Under the pieces are notes generated by a model, which was not told where the DNA came from, searched no databases, and saw only the letters and a program-made list of their open reading frames with translations. The position numbers and the translations under genes are program-made. DNA of 64,000 nt, taken from NCBI GenBank assembly GCA_001779925.1, contig MFEK01000010.1, positions 19,377 to 83,376 of the forward strand, written 5' to 3'. The DNA is from Candidatus Doudnabacteria bacterium RIFCSPHIGHO2_01_FULL_46_14 (lineage in GTDB: Bacteria; Patescibacteriota; Doudnabacteria; UBA920; 2-01-FULL-46-14). This document shows, piece by piece, positions 53,462-62,253 of this stretch (position 1 is its first letter; every line of letters begins with the position of its first letter).

Positions 53462-53497
53462 GCCTAAATAGCAAGATTCAAAACGCGCCTAAATAGC
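53462..53497 (+). promoter_or_regulatory. direct repeats GCCTAAATAGC x2 (25 bp apart) just upstream of SD of gene 53512
   Basis: Direct reading. Confidence 0.3.
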
Positions 53498-53511
53498 GCA
53501 CAGGAGGACCT

Positions 53512-54672
53512 ATGAAAAACTATTCGCCATTTCTGGACTTTGCGCCTACAGTCGTGCTCAAGCCCGAGGCAGTTGCGGAACGAATGAAGTCTAACCCTTT
53601 TGACCTGTTCGATGATGCCAACCATTTTCCAGAGGTCAGAGAAAAAATCGTCGGCCACTTAAAATCCGGCTTCGGAGGGCCCTATCGAAGCCTTTTACAA
53701 TATGAATGGGCCGAAAGCCGAATCCTTGGACTGTTTCACGACGGTGATACTCTTTGGCGGCCCTTGCTGGAATGGTATTGCTCAGGCTACGGAAGTAAAG
53801 ATGTAGGATCTGTACGGCCAATCGAGTTTGCAATCAGCATGGCCAGAGACCAACCCTACCTAATTACAGAAATAACTAAGGTAGTTTGCCCCAACGCGAA
53901 GTATAACAACTGCTATTGGAACTCTCCTTCCATGAAAGTGTTTTTAGACGACTGCTGGGCAAGTCTGATTCGTGACGTCGAGGCTGGACATGAATCCAAG
54001 ACAACCATCGCGACTTTTCAGGCAATCAGACGAGTCGCCCGCCTTCTCATCGAGGTCAAAGACACCACATGGCTGCCAAAGCTCGCGGAAATACGAGACA
54101 TGCTCAAAAACATCCATCCGAGATGGATACCGCCGACAGGAAAGGACGAATTTGAGGTACCGATAGTGGGTGGTGTCATTACTCACACCATTCGCATTCT
54201 CGAGGAGGAAGCAGCGGATTGGATGAAAGACCCGCTGGCGGAAGGGATTCGGGAGAGAATCTACGCCAAACCCGAACCCAATGTCATAGTCAATGTGGAA
54301 TACCCGGAAAAATGGCAGGCAGGTTCACCTATGCTTCTCTTAGTTCAAGTGATCTTTAAAAACGTTGCCCCATCGCGTCCCGACCTTCCGAAAATCATCA
54401 TGGAAGATTTTACAGCTGCTATTCGCACGGACGGCTTTGAAAAAGTGTCTGCAGGGGGTCCCTGGGAAAAGCTTCGAGGATACAACTTTCGGTTCCTTGG
54501 ACAAGGCTTTTATCAAGCCTTCGGAGAAAAGACTCCTGAGGTTTTCGAATCAGCATTTACGCTAGTTCCCACTGGCGGCATTAACCGCTTCCACCTATGC
54601 TTAGTATACGAAGACTCGCGCCATGCAGTGTGGGATGTAGGAAAAACCGCTGGTTATGTACTCTGCGAATAA
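53512..54672 (+). CDS. hypothetical protein (386 aa)
   Basis: Strong SD CAGGAGG; followed by strong terminator; no family recognised. Confidence 0.5.
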   Translation: MKNYSPFLDFAPTVVLKPEAVAERMKSNPFDLFDDANHFPEVREKIVGHLKSGFGGPYRSLLQYEWAESRILGLFHDGDTLWRPLLEWYCSGYGSKDVGSVRPIEFAISMARDQPYLITEITKVVCPNAKYNNCYWNSPSMKVFLDDCWASLIRDVEAGHESKTTIATFQAIRRVARLLIEVKDTTWLPKLAEIRDMLKNIHPRWIPPTGKDEFEVPIVGGVITHTIRILEEEAADWMKDPLAEGIRERIYAKPEPNVIVNVEYPEKWQAGSPMLLLVQVIFKNVAPSRPDLPKIIMEDFTAAIRTDGFEKVSAGGPWEKLRGYNFRFLGQGFYQAFGEKTPEVFESAFTLVPTGGINRFHLCLVYEDSRHAVWDVGKTAGYVLCE

Positions 54673-54684
54673 ATGAACAACAAA

Positions 54685-54751
54685 CACATGTCGAGATTGG
54701 AGGATCTCGACATGTGTGATTTTTTAAAAAATCCCGACTTTTGGTCGGGAT
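54685..54751. terminator. tandem hairpins: perfect 13-bp stem (cacatgtcgagat/atctcgacatgtg) + T-run, then atcccgac-ttttg-gtcgggat; bidirectional
   Basis: Direct reading. Confidence 0.65.
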
Positions 54752-54758
54752 TAATTAT

Positions 54759-54800
54759 TTCATCTTCTTCCTGATAAACGCCGGGGTGTCGAATTCTTCG
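54759..54800. repeat. degenerate duplicate of the ftsZ 3-prime end (39/41 identity, 1 indel, to 56235-56276)
   Basis: ttcatcttcttcctgataaacgccggggtgtcgaattcttcg vs ttcatcttcttcctgataaacgcggggatgtcgagttcttcg. Confidence 0.8.
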
Positions 54801-54801
54801 G

Positions 54802-55221
54802 TTACTTTTGTGGAAACATGAAGGAAAAAGAGCTAGGGTGAACGATTGGAATGTTTCGAAATTGTCTCAGTCGAAGCAAATGTTTGTCCATTGATACTAT
54901 TAAATTTGCTCCTGCGGCTAAAGCGCATTCCAAAATTTTGTCATCATCTGGATCGTCCTTGATTACCTGTAAGGTTTCCTTCGGAATAACTTGGTGAATA
55001 TATTCATCGATAATAATCCGCAGATTTGTAACTGTCCTGTGGTCTGCCAATTTCTCATTTACCCAAATTTGTAATTTTTCTTCGATTTCGTCTTTGATGT
55101 CAGGAGAAATAAATACTATATAATTAAAATCCGGGCTGAAAATTTCCCGAAACATCCGAAAAACGAATCCGCCTTCCCGTAATGCGGCCAGATAAATATT
55201 TGTGTCTAGTACAACGCGCAA
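54802..55221 (-). CDS. PIN-domain (VapC-like) toxin
   Basis: MRVVLDTNIYLAAL...; acidic residues D6, E?, D typical PIN. Confidence 0.75.
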   Translation of the reverse strand: MRVVLDTNIYLAALREGGFVFRMFREIFSPDFNYIVFISPDIKDEIEEKLQIWVNEKLADHRTVTNLRIIIDEYIHQVIPKETLQVIKDDPDDDKILECALAAGANLIVSMDKHLLRLRQFRNIPIVHPSSFSFMFPQK

Positions 55222-55224
55222 AGC

Positions 55225-55464
55225 TTAACCAAAATACTTTTCTACGTCATCATCAGTTTTGATCCCTAGCTTTTCAAATGCCGGGGCAAAGCCCTTTTGA
55301 ACCTGTGACCATTGGGACAAAAACAGCTGATAACGCAGGGTTTCTTTTACATATTGACTCACGGGGATATCCTGCTCTTTGGCATACCGAATCAGTTCCC
55401 GCCGTAAGGATTTTGGCAATGATACACTTAAAATTTCGGTCTTTTCTCGTTTTATACTTGGCAT
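55225..55464 (-). CDS. ribbon-helix-helix (CopG/VapB-like) antitoxin
   Basis: 79 aa, ...ILSVSLPKSLRRELIRYAKEQDIPVSQYVKETL... RHH pattern; 3 bp upstream of PIN gene. Confidence 0.65.
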   Translation of the reverse strand: MPSIKREKTEILSVSLPKSLRRELIRYAKEQDIPVSQYVKETLRYQLFLSQWSQVQKGFAPAFEKLGIKTDDDVEKYFG

Positions 55465-55475
55465 AACTTAAAAAT

Positions 55476-55520
55476 TATTATTCTGTAATAATACTATATT
55501 ATTCTGTAATAATTGTCAAG
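55476..55520 (-). promoter_or_regulatory. putative TA promoter/operator: two direct repeats TATTATTCTGTAATAAT 21 bp apart overlapping TTGACA-18-TAGTAT (minus strand)
   Basis: Repeats at 55476-55492 and 55497-55513; -35 rc of 55515-55520, -10 rc of 55491-55496. Confidence 0.5.
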
Positions 55521-55632
55521 GGCAAGAAAAGAGCTCGATCCATAATGGTCGAGCTACCTGTCCATCCGGTCAGGTTCGGTTAAATCACAACAGAGTCTGT
55601 GCCTCTCGTCTGATAGACTTTCACGCAGATAT

Positions 55633-56103
55633 TTAAAACTGCTTGGCAGGACGCAGCATCGCTTCGAGTTTCTCCCTTTCATTGTTTAACCCCCAAGTCG
55701 CCATTGCTGCGGCGCAATCATAGATCATGTAAGGGAATCTCTTGCCCCAAACACCCTCGCCTATCACTGACACGAAAGTTTCGAGCGCGATCTGTTTCGC
55801 CTTTATTTTCGCTACCAGGTAAATAAGATCATCCATAGCATCAGGAGGAAAATCATCCACTGCTGCCGTTAAGATCATTTGACGAACTGCCTCGCAGAAA
55901 GCTTGCCGTGCCTCCGTAGACAGTCTATCAAACAGTGTTTTGAGGGCATCGAGATTCGATTCATACCCCCATATGCCAATTTCCCGGAAGCCGAAAGGGT
56001 CGCGAAGTCTGACACTGAGGTAATACTGGCGGCGCAAGCCACGATCTAGCCATGACTTGAAGTCATCGGCCTGATATCCGTTTAGCTCTAACAAAGTTGC
56101 CAT
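55633..56103 (-). CDS. hypothetical protein (156 aa), GC-rich
   Basis: Between ftsZ and the PIN/RHH pair; no family recognised. Confidence 0.4.
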   Translation of the reverse strand: MATLLELNGYQADDFKSWLDRGLRRQYYLSVRLRDPFGFREIGIWGYESNLDALKTLFDRLSTEARQAFCEAVRQMILTAAVDDFPPDAMDDLIYLVAKIKAKQIALETFVSVIGEGVWGKRFPYMIYDCAAAMATWGLNNEREKLEAMLRPAKQF

Positions 56104-56230
56104 ACTTGCCTCCTGTCTATTGCACTAGTCGGTACATAGCTTTGCATTGCTCCTCCTAACGCGAAATCATAAGAACAACTAAAAATAGCACTTCTGTGCT
56201 ATTTTGTAAAGCCGTCGCCGGATAATAATT

Positions 56231-57388
56231 CTACTTCATCTTCTTCCTGATAAACGCGGGGATGTCGAGTTCTTCGTTTTCCTCGTCCTCTTCGTCCTCA
56301 TCCACGGCTTTGGGGGCATAGGTCGAACGGGCTGGGGTTTCCGAGATCTCCTGAGTAACGCCAAAGCCGAGGGGCGCAGAGATCGGCGCCATCCGCTGCT
56401 GGGGGATAGCTTTTCGCGTGCGCGCCACCTCGTCAAAACCCGTGGCGATCACGGTAATGCGCACCTCGTCTGACATGGCTTCGTCAATCACAGCCCCAAA
56501 AATAATCTTGGCATCGCTGTCCACGCTCTTAGTGATAATCTTAGCTGCTTCATCAACCTCATACATGCCGAGGTCCTTGCCACCAGTAATGTTAAACAGC
56601 ACGCCACGCGCCCCGTCAATGGAAACCTCAAGAAGCGGTGAATCAATGGCTTGTTTAGCTGCCTCAATGGCCCGGTTTTCGCCTGAGCCGCGGCCAATGC
56701 CCATGAGTGCCGAGCCGCTATCCGTCATCACGCTTTTCACATCCGCAAAATCTACATTGATGAGGCCCGGGGTCGTCACCATATCGGCAATGCCCTGCAC
56801 GCCTTGCCGCAGAACATCATCCACGGTGCGAAACGCGTCGAGAAGCGAAGTCTTTTTATCAATAATCTGCAAAATGCGGTCATTGGGGATGATAATGATT
56901 GTATCCACGCTGGACTTGAGCTCCTCGAGCCCTTTTTCTGCCAACTCGCGGCGCTTGGCTCCCTCGAATGCAAAAGGCTTCGTTACCACTGCCACTGTCA
57001 GGATGCCTTCTTCTTTGGCCAGCTCGGCAACCACCGGAGCCGCTCCCGTGCCAGTGCCACCGCCCAAGCCGCAAGTTACGAACACCATGTCAGCGCCATG
57101 CAAAACTTCTAAAATCTCTTCCTTGTTTTCTTCCGCGGCGGCGCGGCCCACATCCGGATTCATACCAGCGCCCAAACCACGCGTAGCTTGTTTGCCAATC
57201 TGAACCTTTCGGTCAGCTTTGGAATGGTGAAGCGCCTGGGCATCAGTGTTGATCGCCACAAACTCAACGCTTTGCAGACCTGCCGTAATCATGCGGTGAA
57301 TCGCGTTATGGCCCGAGCCTCCCACGCCAATGACCTTAATGCGGGCAATGGTCTCGATTTTTGGTTTTAATTCGGTGGATTTCGGCAT
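56231..57388 (-). CDS. ftsZ: cell-division GTPase FtsZ
   Basis: [17 protein letters not shown] tubulin signature, conserved C-terminal [11 protein letters not shown] peptide; start at MPKSTEL. Confidence 0.95.
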   Translation of the reverse strand: MPKSTELKPKIETIARIKVIGVGGSGHNAIHRMITAGLQSVEFVAINTDAQALHHSKADRKVQIGKQATRGLGAGMNPDVGRAAAEENKEEILEVLHGADMVFVTCGLGGGTGTGAAPVVAELAKEEGILTVAVVTKPFAFEGAKRRELAEKGLEELKSSVDTIIIIPNDRILQIIDKKTSLLDAFRTVDDVLRQGVQGIADMVTTPGLINVDFADVKSVMTDSGSALMGIGRGSGENRAIEAAKQAIDSPLLEVSIDGARGVLFNITGGKDLGMYEVDEAAKIITKSVDSDAKIIFGAVIDEAMSDEVRITVIATGFDEVARTRKAIPQQRMAPISAPLGFGVTQEISETPARSTYAPKAVDEDEEDEENEELDIPAFIRKKMK

Positions 57389-57489
57389 ATTGTATGGGAA
57401 TAATACATGAGTCCGAATCAATAATCAATAAAAAATAATCGATAATGTCAAGGACCGGTCTGACTGGTCAAGGCACCCTTCGACTTCGC

Positions 57490-58746
57490 TCAGGGCAGGA
57501 ATTGCTTGAAAAACTTACGGATTTTCTCAATACTGGCATTCTGCAAAATATTGGAAGCAAATCGGCCCATACCGCTTCGGGAAGTTTCCAGATATTCAGC
57601 TGCCCAAAGCACTAGGCCGACAGCCGTGGCATAAGCCGGGTCGTCCACTCGGTCGATTATCGTAGAAATATTGAGGGGATAACCGATCTGTACAGGCAGA
57701 CGAAGTTCCTTTTTGGCCAGCTCCACAATGCCGGGGATTTTGGCGCCGCCGCCGGTCAAGAGAGCACCAGCCGGAAGTTGGCCGTCCCGGCCTACGGTTT
57801 TGAGCTCTTTGTTAACCATCGCAAAAATTTCTTCGAGGCGCGCGCTGATAATATCCGTGAGGTGATTGCGGGAAATCTGCCCTTCTTCATTTTTATCAAT
57901 CTTGGAGAGGTTGATGACCTCGTCTTTTTTCCCGGAGGCTGCCGGCAAAACCGCGCGGCCGTACTGAAGTTTTACAGTTTCCGCCACATCTACAGAGGTG
58001 CGCAAACCAATAGCAATGTCATTTGTAATGTGGTCTGCACCGACTGCCAAAATATTAGTATGCAAAAGTTCTGACTCTTCAAAAGCCACGATGCCTGTCG
58101 TGCCGCCCCCCAGCTCAATGAGCACCACACCCAGCTCTTTTTGACGGCGGGTCAAAACAGCTTGCGCTGAGGCCAGAGGGGCGAGTACTAGGTCGTCAAT
58201 ATCAATACCGGCCTGGATCACGCACTTGGTCAAATTCTTAATAAACGGAATCGAAGCCTGAATAATCTGTGCATCCACCTCAAGGCGAATCCCTGTCATG
58301 CCCACAGGGTCTTTGATCCCCGTCTGTCCGTCTACGGTAAAATCTTTAGGGATAACGTGCAGAATCTCGCGGTTGGTGGGAATCTGGATAGCCTGCGCCG
58401 CGTCGATCACACGCACCACATCATTTTCCGATATCTCCCCGTCGGCCCGCGCTACCGCAATCACTCCATGGCTCTCAAGCGACACCACATGCGCGCCACC
58501 CACAGACACGACCGCGTGTTCAGTGGGAATGCCGGTCATTCGTTCGGCTTTCTCCAGAGCCTTGGAAATCGAAGACACTGCCTCTTCAATATCCACAATA
58601 ACACCGCGTCGAATGCCCGAGGCTTTAGCCTCGCCGACTCCGATAATGCTAGGCGCTGTACCTTCGTTTTCTTTTTTACCGACCACCACGCGGATTACGG
58701 ATGTTCCAATATCCAAGCCGACAAGGATTTGATCAGACGAGGCCAT
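57490..58746 (-). CDS. ftsA: cell-division protein FtsA
   Basis: Actin-like ATPase: LVGLDIGTSVIRVVVG..., ...GGGTTGIV... Confidence 0.9.
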   Translation of the reverse strand: MASSDQILVGLDIGTSVIRVVVGKKENEGTAPSIIGVGEAKASGIRRGVIVDIEEAVSSISKALEKAERMTGIPTEHAVVSVGGAHVVSLESHGVIAVARADGEISENDVVRVIDAAQAIQIPTNREILHVIPKDFTVDGQTGIKDPVGMTGIRLEVDAQIIQASIPFIKNLTKCVIQAGIDIDDLVLAPLASAQAVLTRRQKELGVVLIELGGGTTGIVAFEESELLHTNILAVGADHITNDIAIGLRTSVDVAETVKLQYGRAVLPAASGKKDEVINLSKIDKNEEGQISRNHLTDIISARLEEIFAMVNKELKTVGRDGQLPAGALLTGGGAKIPGIVELAKKELRLPVQIGYPLNISTIIDRVDDPAYATAVGLVLWAAEYLETSRSGMGRFASNILQNASIEKIRKFFKQFLP

Positions 58747-59196
58747 CTAAGATAATTTTTCTTTTAACTTTTGTGAAACAATTTGCCCGTTCGCTCGGCC
58801 GGCAATCTTGGGCATTAAAATCTTCATAACTTTGCCGAAATCCGCAGATGAGGAAGCTTTGGTTTCAGCCACGGACTCGTTAATGAGGGTTTGCAGTTCG
58901 CTGTCAGTGAGTTGGGCCGGCAAATACGCCTGAATGACCACAAGCTCCCCCTTTTCTTGCTCCACCAAATCAGGCCGATTGCCGGATGCAAATTGCGCGA
59001 TCGAGTCCTCATGCTTTTTTGCGCTCTGACTAAGAACCCGCATCACGTCTTCATCCGTAGCGGTTTTTTGCTTGTCGATTTCCAGGTTTTTTATCTCCGC
59101 GCTAATCATCCGCAAAACTGAAATCTTGCGCGTATTTTTTTGTTTCATCGCGTCTTTGATGTCAGAAGCGATCTGTTCCTTTAACGGCTTTTCCAT
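58747..59196 (-). CDS. GatB/YqeY domain protein
   Basis: MEKPLKEQIASDIKDAMKQKN...VLRMISAEIKN... typical YqeY. Confidence 0.75.
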   Translation of the reverse strand: MEKPLKEQIASDIKDAMKQKNTRKISVLRMISAEIKNLEIDKQKTATDEDVMRVLSQSAKKHEDSIAQFASGNRPDLVEQEKGELVVIQAYLPAQLTDSELQTLINESVAETKASSSADFGKVMKILMPKIAGRANGQIVSQKLKEKLS

Positions 59197-59417
59197 TTAT
59201 AGCTGACTGGTTTACCTAATTTCTTAAGATTTTCGCGCTCAGCCGTGAGCTCGGCGCGCCTCCGGGCACTAACGCGCGCCAGATTGCGCGATTTGGTCGG
59301 CGTATAAAACTGAATTTTTCTGGCGCGAACCAATACACCGCTTTGCTGGATTTTACGGTTAAAACGCCTCAAGAGGCTTTCAAACGATTCTCCGTCTTTC
59401 CGCTTTACTTCTACCAC
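59181..59417 (-). CDS. rpsU: 30S ribosomal protein S21
   Basis: MVEVKRKDGESFESLLRRFNRKIQQSGVLVRARKIQFY... Confidence 0.7.
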   Translation of the reverse strand: MVEVKRKDGESFESLLRRFNRKIQQSGVLVRARKIQFYTPTKSRNLARVSARRRAELTAERENLKKLGKPVSYKWKSR

Positions 59418-59855
59418 TTTAAATTGAACACCCCCGATCTATAGATAAATTAAAAATCATCCTAAATTATAACATCGCCGGCTCAAATCTGCAAATCACG
59501 AACCGTCACAGTTTAGTGTCTTGGGAATAATTTTCTGGATGCAATTGTAACGGTAATCGCTCGACAAAAAACTAAATATGATCAACGGCTATATTTTTTT
59601 GTATCACCGGGAAGCTCCCGTAATCCACTGCACACCGCACCAAGCATATTATCCTCTCAAAAAAATGGGCCTTGCGCAAATCCAGGTTACAAAAACCCTG
59701 AATCCGGATTGACGATTCAGGGTACCGTATCCTCGAGGGTTTTGTCCAACCAAGTCAGGCTTGGTTCAACCCGCTAACCACGGTTGCTGGTCAAACCTTT
59801 CTCATCCATAAATTTATCCTAATCTCTAATCTCAGAGCGACTGCCTGACAATTGT

Positions 59856-61121
59856 TCACTTACCCAATCGCTTTTTGACCTCTTCGATGATCCGATCGAG
59901 GGCGAAGACTTCCTGCATGCCGGAACGCATATCGCGCAGAATCACGGTTTCGTCGATGGCCTCTTTCTGGCCGATGATCAGGGCGATCTCGCATTTCTTG
60001 GCTACTGCTTCTTTGAGCTGATTTTTGATGCTGGTATTGCCCAAAATCGCCTCGGCCGAAGAAATCCCGGAATGCTGCAGGTCACGGTGCAAAACCATGG
60101 CTTTGCGTGTTGCAATCGGTCCTAACGGCACCATAAAGACCTCGATCCTGGGCCCTGTTCTGCGACGTTCTTCCGGAACCGAATTCATAAGCTTCTCAAA
60201 AGTAGTAACAAATCCCATAATCGGCAAAACATCCTGGTAGCCAAGGATATTGGCCCAGGTGCTATAATTGCCGCCCTGGCCAATGACACCGCCAATGGCC
60301 TCGGGCGCGGTGATTTGGAACACTACTTTTTCCTGAACAAGCGACGCCTTGAGGACTGGGTTGAGCGTATAAGGAATGCCGAGATCATCAATGTCCTCCA
60401 GGACCCCCATGAGATTTGTTTTACAATTTTCATCAAGCGAATCCACAATCTGCGGGGCACCGGCCACGATCTCCTGACAGCCGGAATTATCGCAACGCCA
60501 AATCGCAATAGGATTCTTTTCCAAATCTGTTTCGCATCGGTCGCATAAACGCGGTGCCGCGTTTGTCAGATGGCTCTCCAGAAGCGCTCCATAATTTTTC
60601 TGGCAGAGTTTGCATCCCAAAGAATTCAGCTCGATCATAAATTCCGAAATACCAAGCTCGCGGAAAATCTCGGCCGTGGCGTTAATGAGCTGAGCGCCGG
60701 CCATGGACGTGTCTTCGCCGAGAATATAAAGTCCCAGTTCGTGACTCGCGCTGGGCTTGCTCCCAGGCAGGCTCACTATCGGAGACAAATGAAACCATTT
60801 GCTGACGTGCGGCCCGCGGGCGCGAACATTCTGCAAATAACGACGGATCACAGAAAACATATGAGTCGGTGCTAAAACAAAATCGCTTTCACCCGGTACG
60901 ATCTCTAGCAAATCTTCTCCGTAAAGCCTGACCAATTCCGGGTGTTTGCCAAAAATCTTTCTTTCCTCAACCGGGGATGGCAGGATCTGCTGAAAACCGA
61001 AATTGTTGATTACGCGATGCAGATTATCCAAAAATACATCGGGCTGAGGTGCTTCGGTGGGAACCACTGCGAGGGGCAAATGCTGAGTCTCTGCGCGCTT
61101 CTTTTTTTGCATGTTAATCAT
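59856..61121 (-). CDS. HisRS-like class II aaRS paralog with anticodon-binding domain (possible HisZ, ATP-PRTase regulatory subunit)
   Basis: Degenerate motifs (..GQGGNYS.. instead of GGRYD), C-terminal HisRS-type anticodon-binding domain; second HisRS-like gene in window besides hisS. Confidence 0.4.
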   Translation of the reverse strand: MINMQKKKRAETQHLPLAVVPTEAPQPDVFLDNLHRVINNFGFQQILPSPVEERKIFGKHPELVRLYGEDLLEIVPGESDFVLAPTHMFSVIRRYLQNVRARGPHVSKWFHLSPIVSLPGSKPSASHELGLYILGEDTSMAGAQLINATAEIFRELGISEFMIELNSLGCKLCQKNYGALLESHLTNAAPRLCDRCETDLEKNPIAIWRCDNSGCQEIVAGAPQIVDSLDENCKTNLMGVLEDIDDLGIPYTLNPVLKASLVQEKVVFQITAPEAIGGVIGQGGNYSTWANILGYQDVLPIMGFVTTFEKLMNSVPEERRRTGPRIEVFMVPLGPIATRKAMVLHRDLQHSGISSAEAILGNTSIKNQLKEAVAKKCEIALIIGQKEAIDETVILRDMRSGMQEVFALDRIIEEVKKRLGK

Positions 61122-61737
61122 TGTAAACTGGTGAGGGAATAAACAATTCTAACTCCTGTACGGGAAACAGGCGCAGGTATACCCGCCCGATAATATCATC
61201 CTTGGGCAGAATTCCCCAAACCCGCGAGTCCGAAGAAGAGAGGCGGTTATCTCCGAGGACGAAAAACTCATCCTCTTTCAATTTTCGGTCGATATTGCCG
61301 TAGGTAATATTCTGGCTCACAAGATATGGCTCTTCCAAGAGAATTCCGTCCTGGTTTTCGGAATTGTAAATCGTGACCCGGCCATCGCGGATCACGATGT
61401 GTTCGCTGGGCAAAGCCACGATGCGTTTGATGAAAAACTGCGAGGGGTCTTTGGGAAAACGCATCACGACCACCTCGCCGCGCGAAGGCTCTCGAAAACG
61501 GTAAGTCAGCTCGTCGATAATCAGGTAATTTCCGTCATGAAAATTCGGCCGCATGGAATCGCCCGTAACCACAAACGGCTGAAACAGAAAATAACGCACC
61601 GGAATAATGATGGCTACGGCCATCAGAAAGACTTTTAAAAAATCAAAAAAGAAATAACGCAGCGGCTCATGGCCATCTGCCGGCAAAGCAGACTGCGTTT
61701 CTTTTTGGGTGTCGTTATCGCTCGTGTTTTCCGACAT
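61114..61737 (-). CDS. lepB: signal peptidase I
   Basis: VTGDSMRPN (Ser), FIKRIVALP (Lys), GDNRLSSSDSR boxes. Confidence 0.85.
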   Translation of the reverse strand: MSENTSDNDTQKETQSALPADGHEPLRYFFFDFLKVFLMAVAIIIPVRYFLFQPFVVTGDSMRPNFHDGNYLIIDELTYRFREPSRGEVVVMRFPKDPSQFFIKRIVALPSEHIVIRDGRVTIYNSENQDGILLEEPYLVSQNITYGNIDRKLKEDEFFVLGDNRLSSSDSRVWGILPKDDIIGRVYLRLFPVQELELFIPSPVYND

Positions 61738-61854
61738 ATATTTGATAAATTTATTTCGAAACGAAATTGCGTTCCTATACTATATCAGGAAAAAAAGGTA
61801 AATTCAAGGGCTACAATGCGCTTATTTATGCAATTTATCTGCCTTTTATCAGAG

Positions 61855-61881
61855 CAAACAAAAAAAACGCTCTGAAGCGTT
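61855..61881 (-). terminator. rho-independent terminator ~120 nt downstream of tRNA-Val
   Basis: aacgct-ctga-agcgtt hairpin followed on minus strand by T8. Confidence 0.55.
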
Positions 61882-61999
61882 GTGATTTTGTGCGCAAAAC
61901 CCTGCAGTCCCTGCGATACTTGTCCTGTTGCAATTTTCTGGTGGGCGCAGAAGGGATCGGGCCTTCGGCCTCGCCGACCAGCCTGACTGGACTTTGGAA

Positions 62000-62076
62000 T
62001 GGTGGACCCGAGTGGGTTCGAACCACTGGCCTTACGAATGTGAATCGTACGCTCTAACCAACTGAGCTACGGGTCC
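62000..62076 (-). tRNA. tRNA-Val (anticodon CAC), CCA encoded
   Basis: Reverse complement GGACCCGTAGCTCAGTTGGTTAGAGCGTACGATTCACATTCGTAAGGCCAGTGGTTCGAACCCACTCGGGTCCACCA; cloverleaf with anticodon loop TT-CAC-AT. Confidence 0.9.
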
Positions 62077-62253
62077 ATTCAAAGTCGGGCAGGTGTGAAC
62101 GGCGCGCTCTACCACTGTCCGACCATAGTCGTCCGATCTCACATCGGACTCCGAAATCGGTCGGGAGGACTCCGACACGGGTCGGAGAGCTATGCGCCCT
62201 TTGGAGTATTTAAATAATACCAAAAAGCGTGCTATTTTGCTATAATTGAATCC

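Noticed and set aside
62078-62200. 5S rRNA or a second tRNA adjacent to tRNA-Val
   Set aside because: Hairpins are present and there is a 5-prime tRNA-like stretch (GGTCGGACAGTGGTAGAGCG), but no complete cloverleaf and no 5S loop C/loop E consensus.
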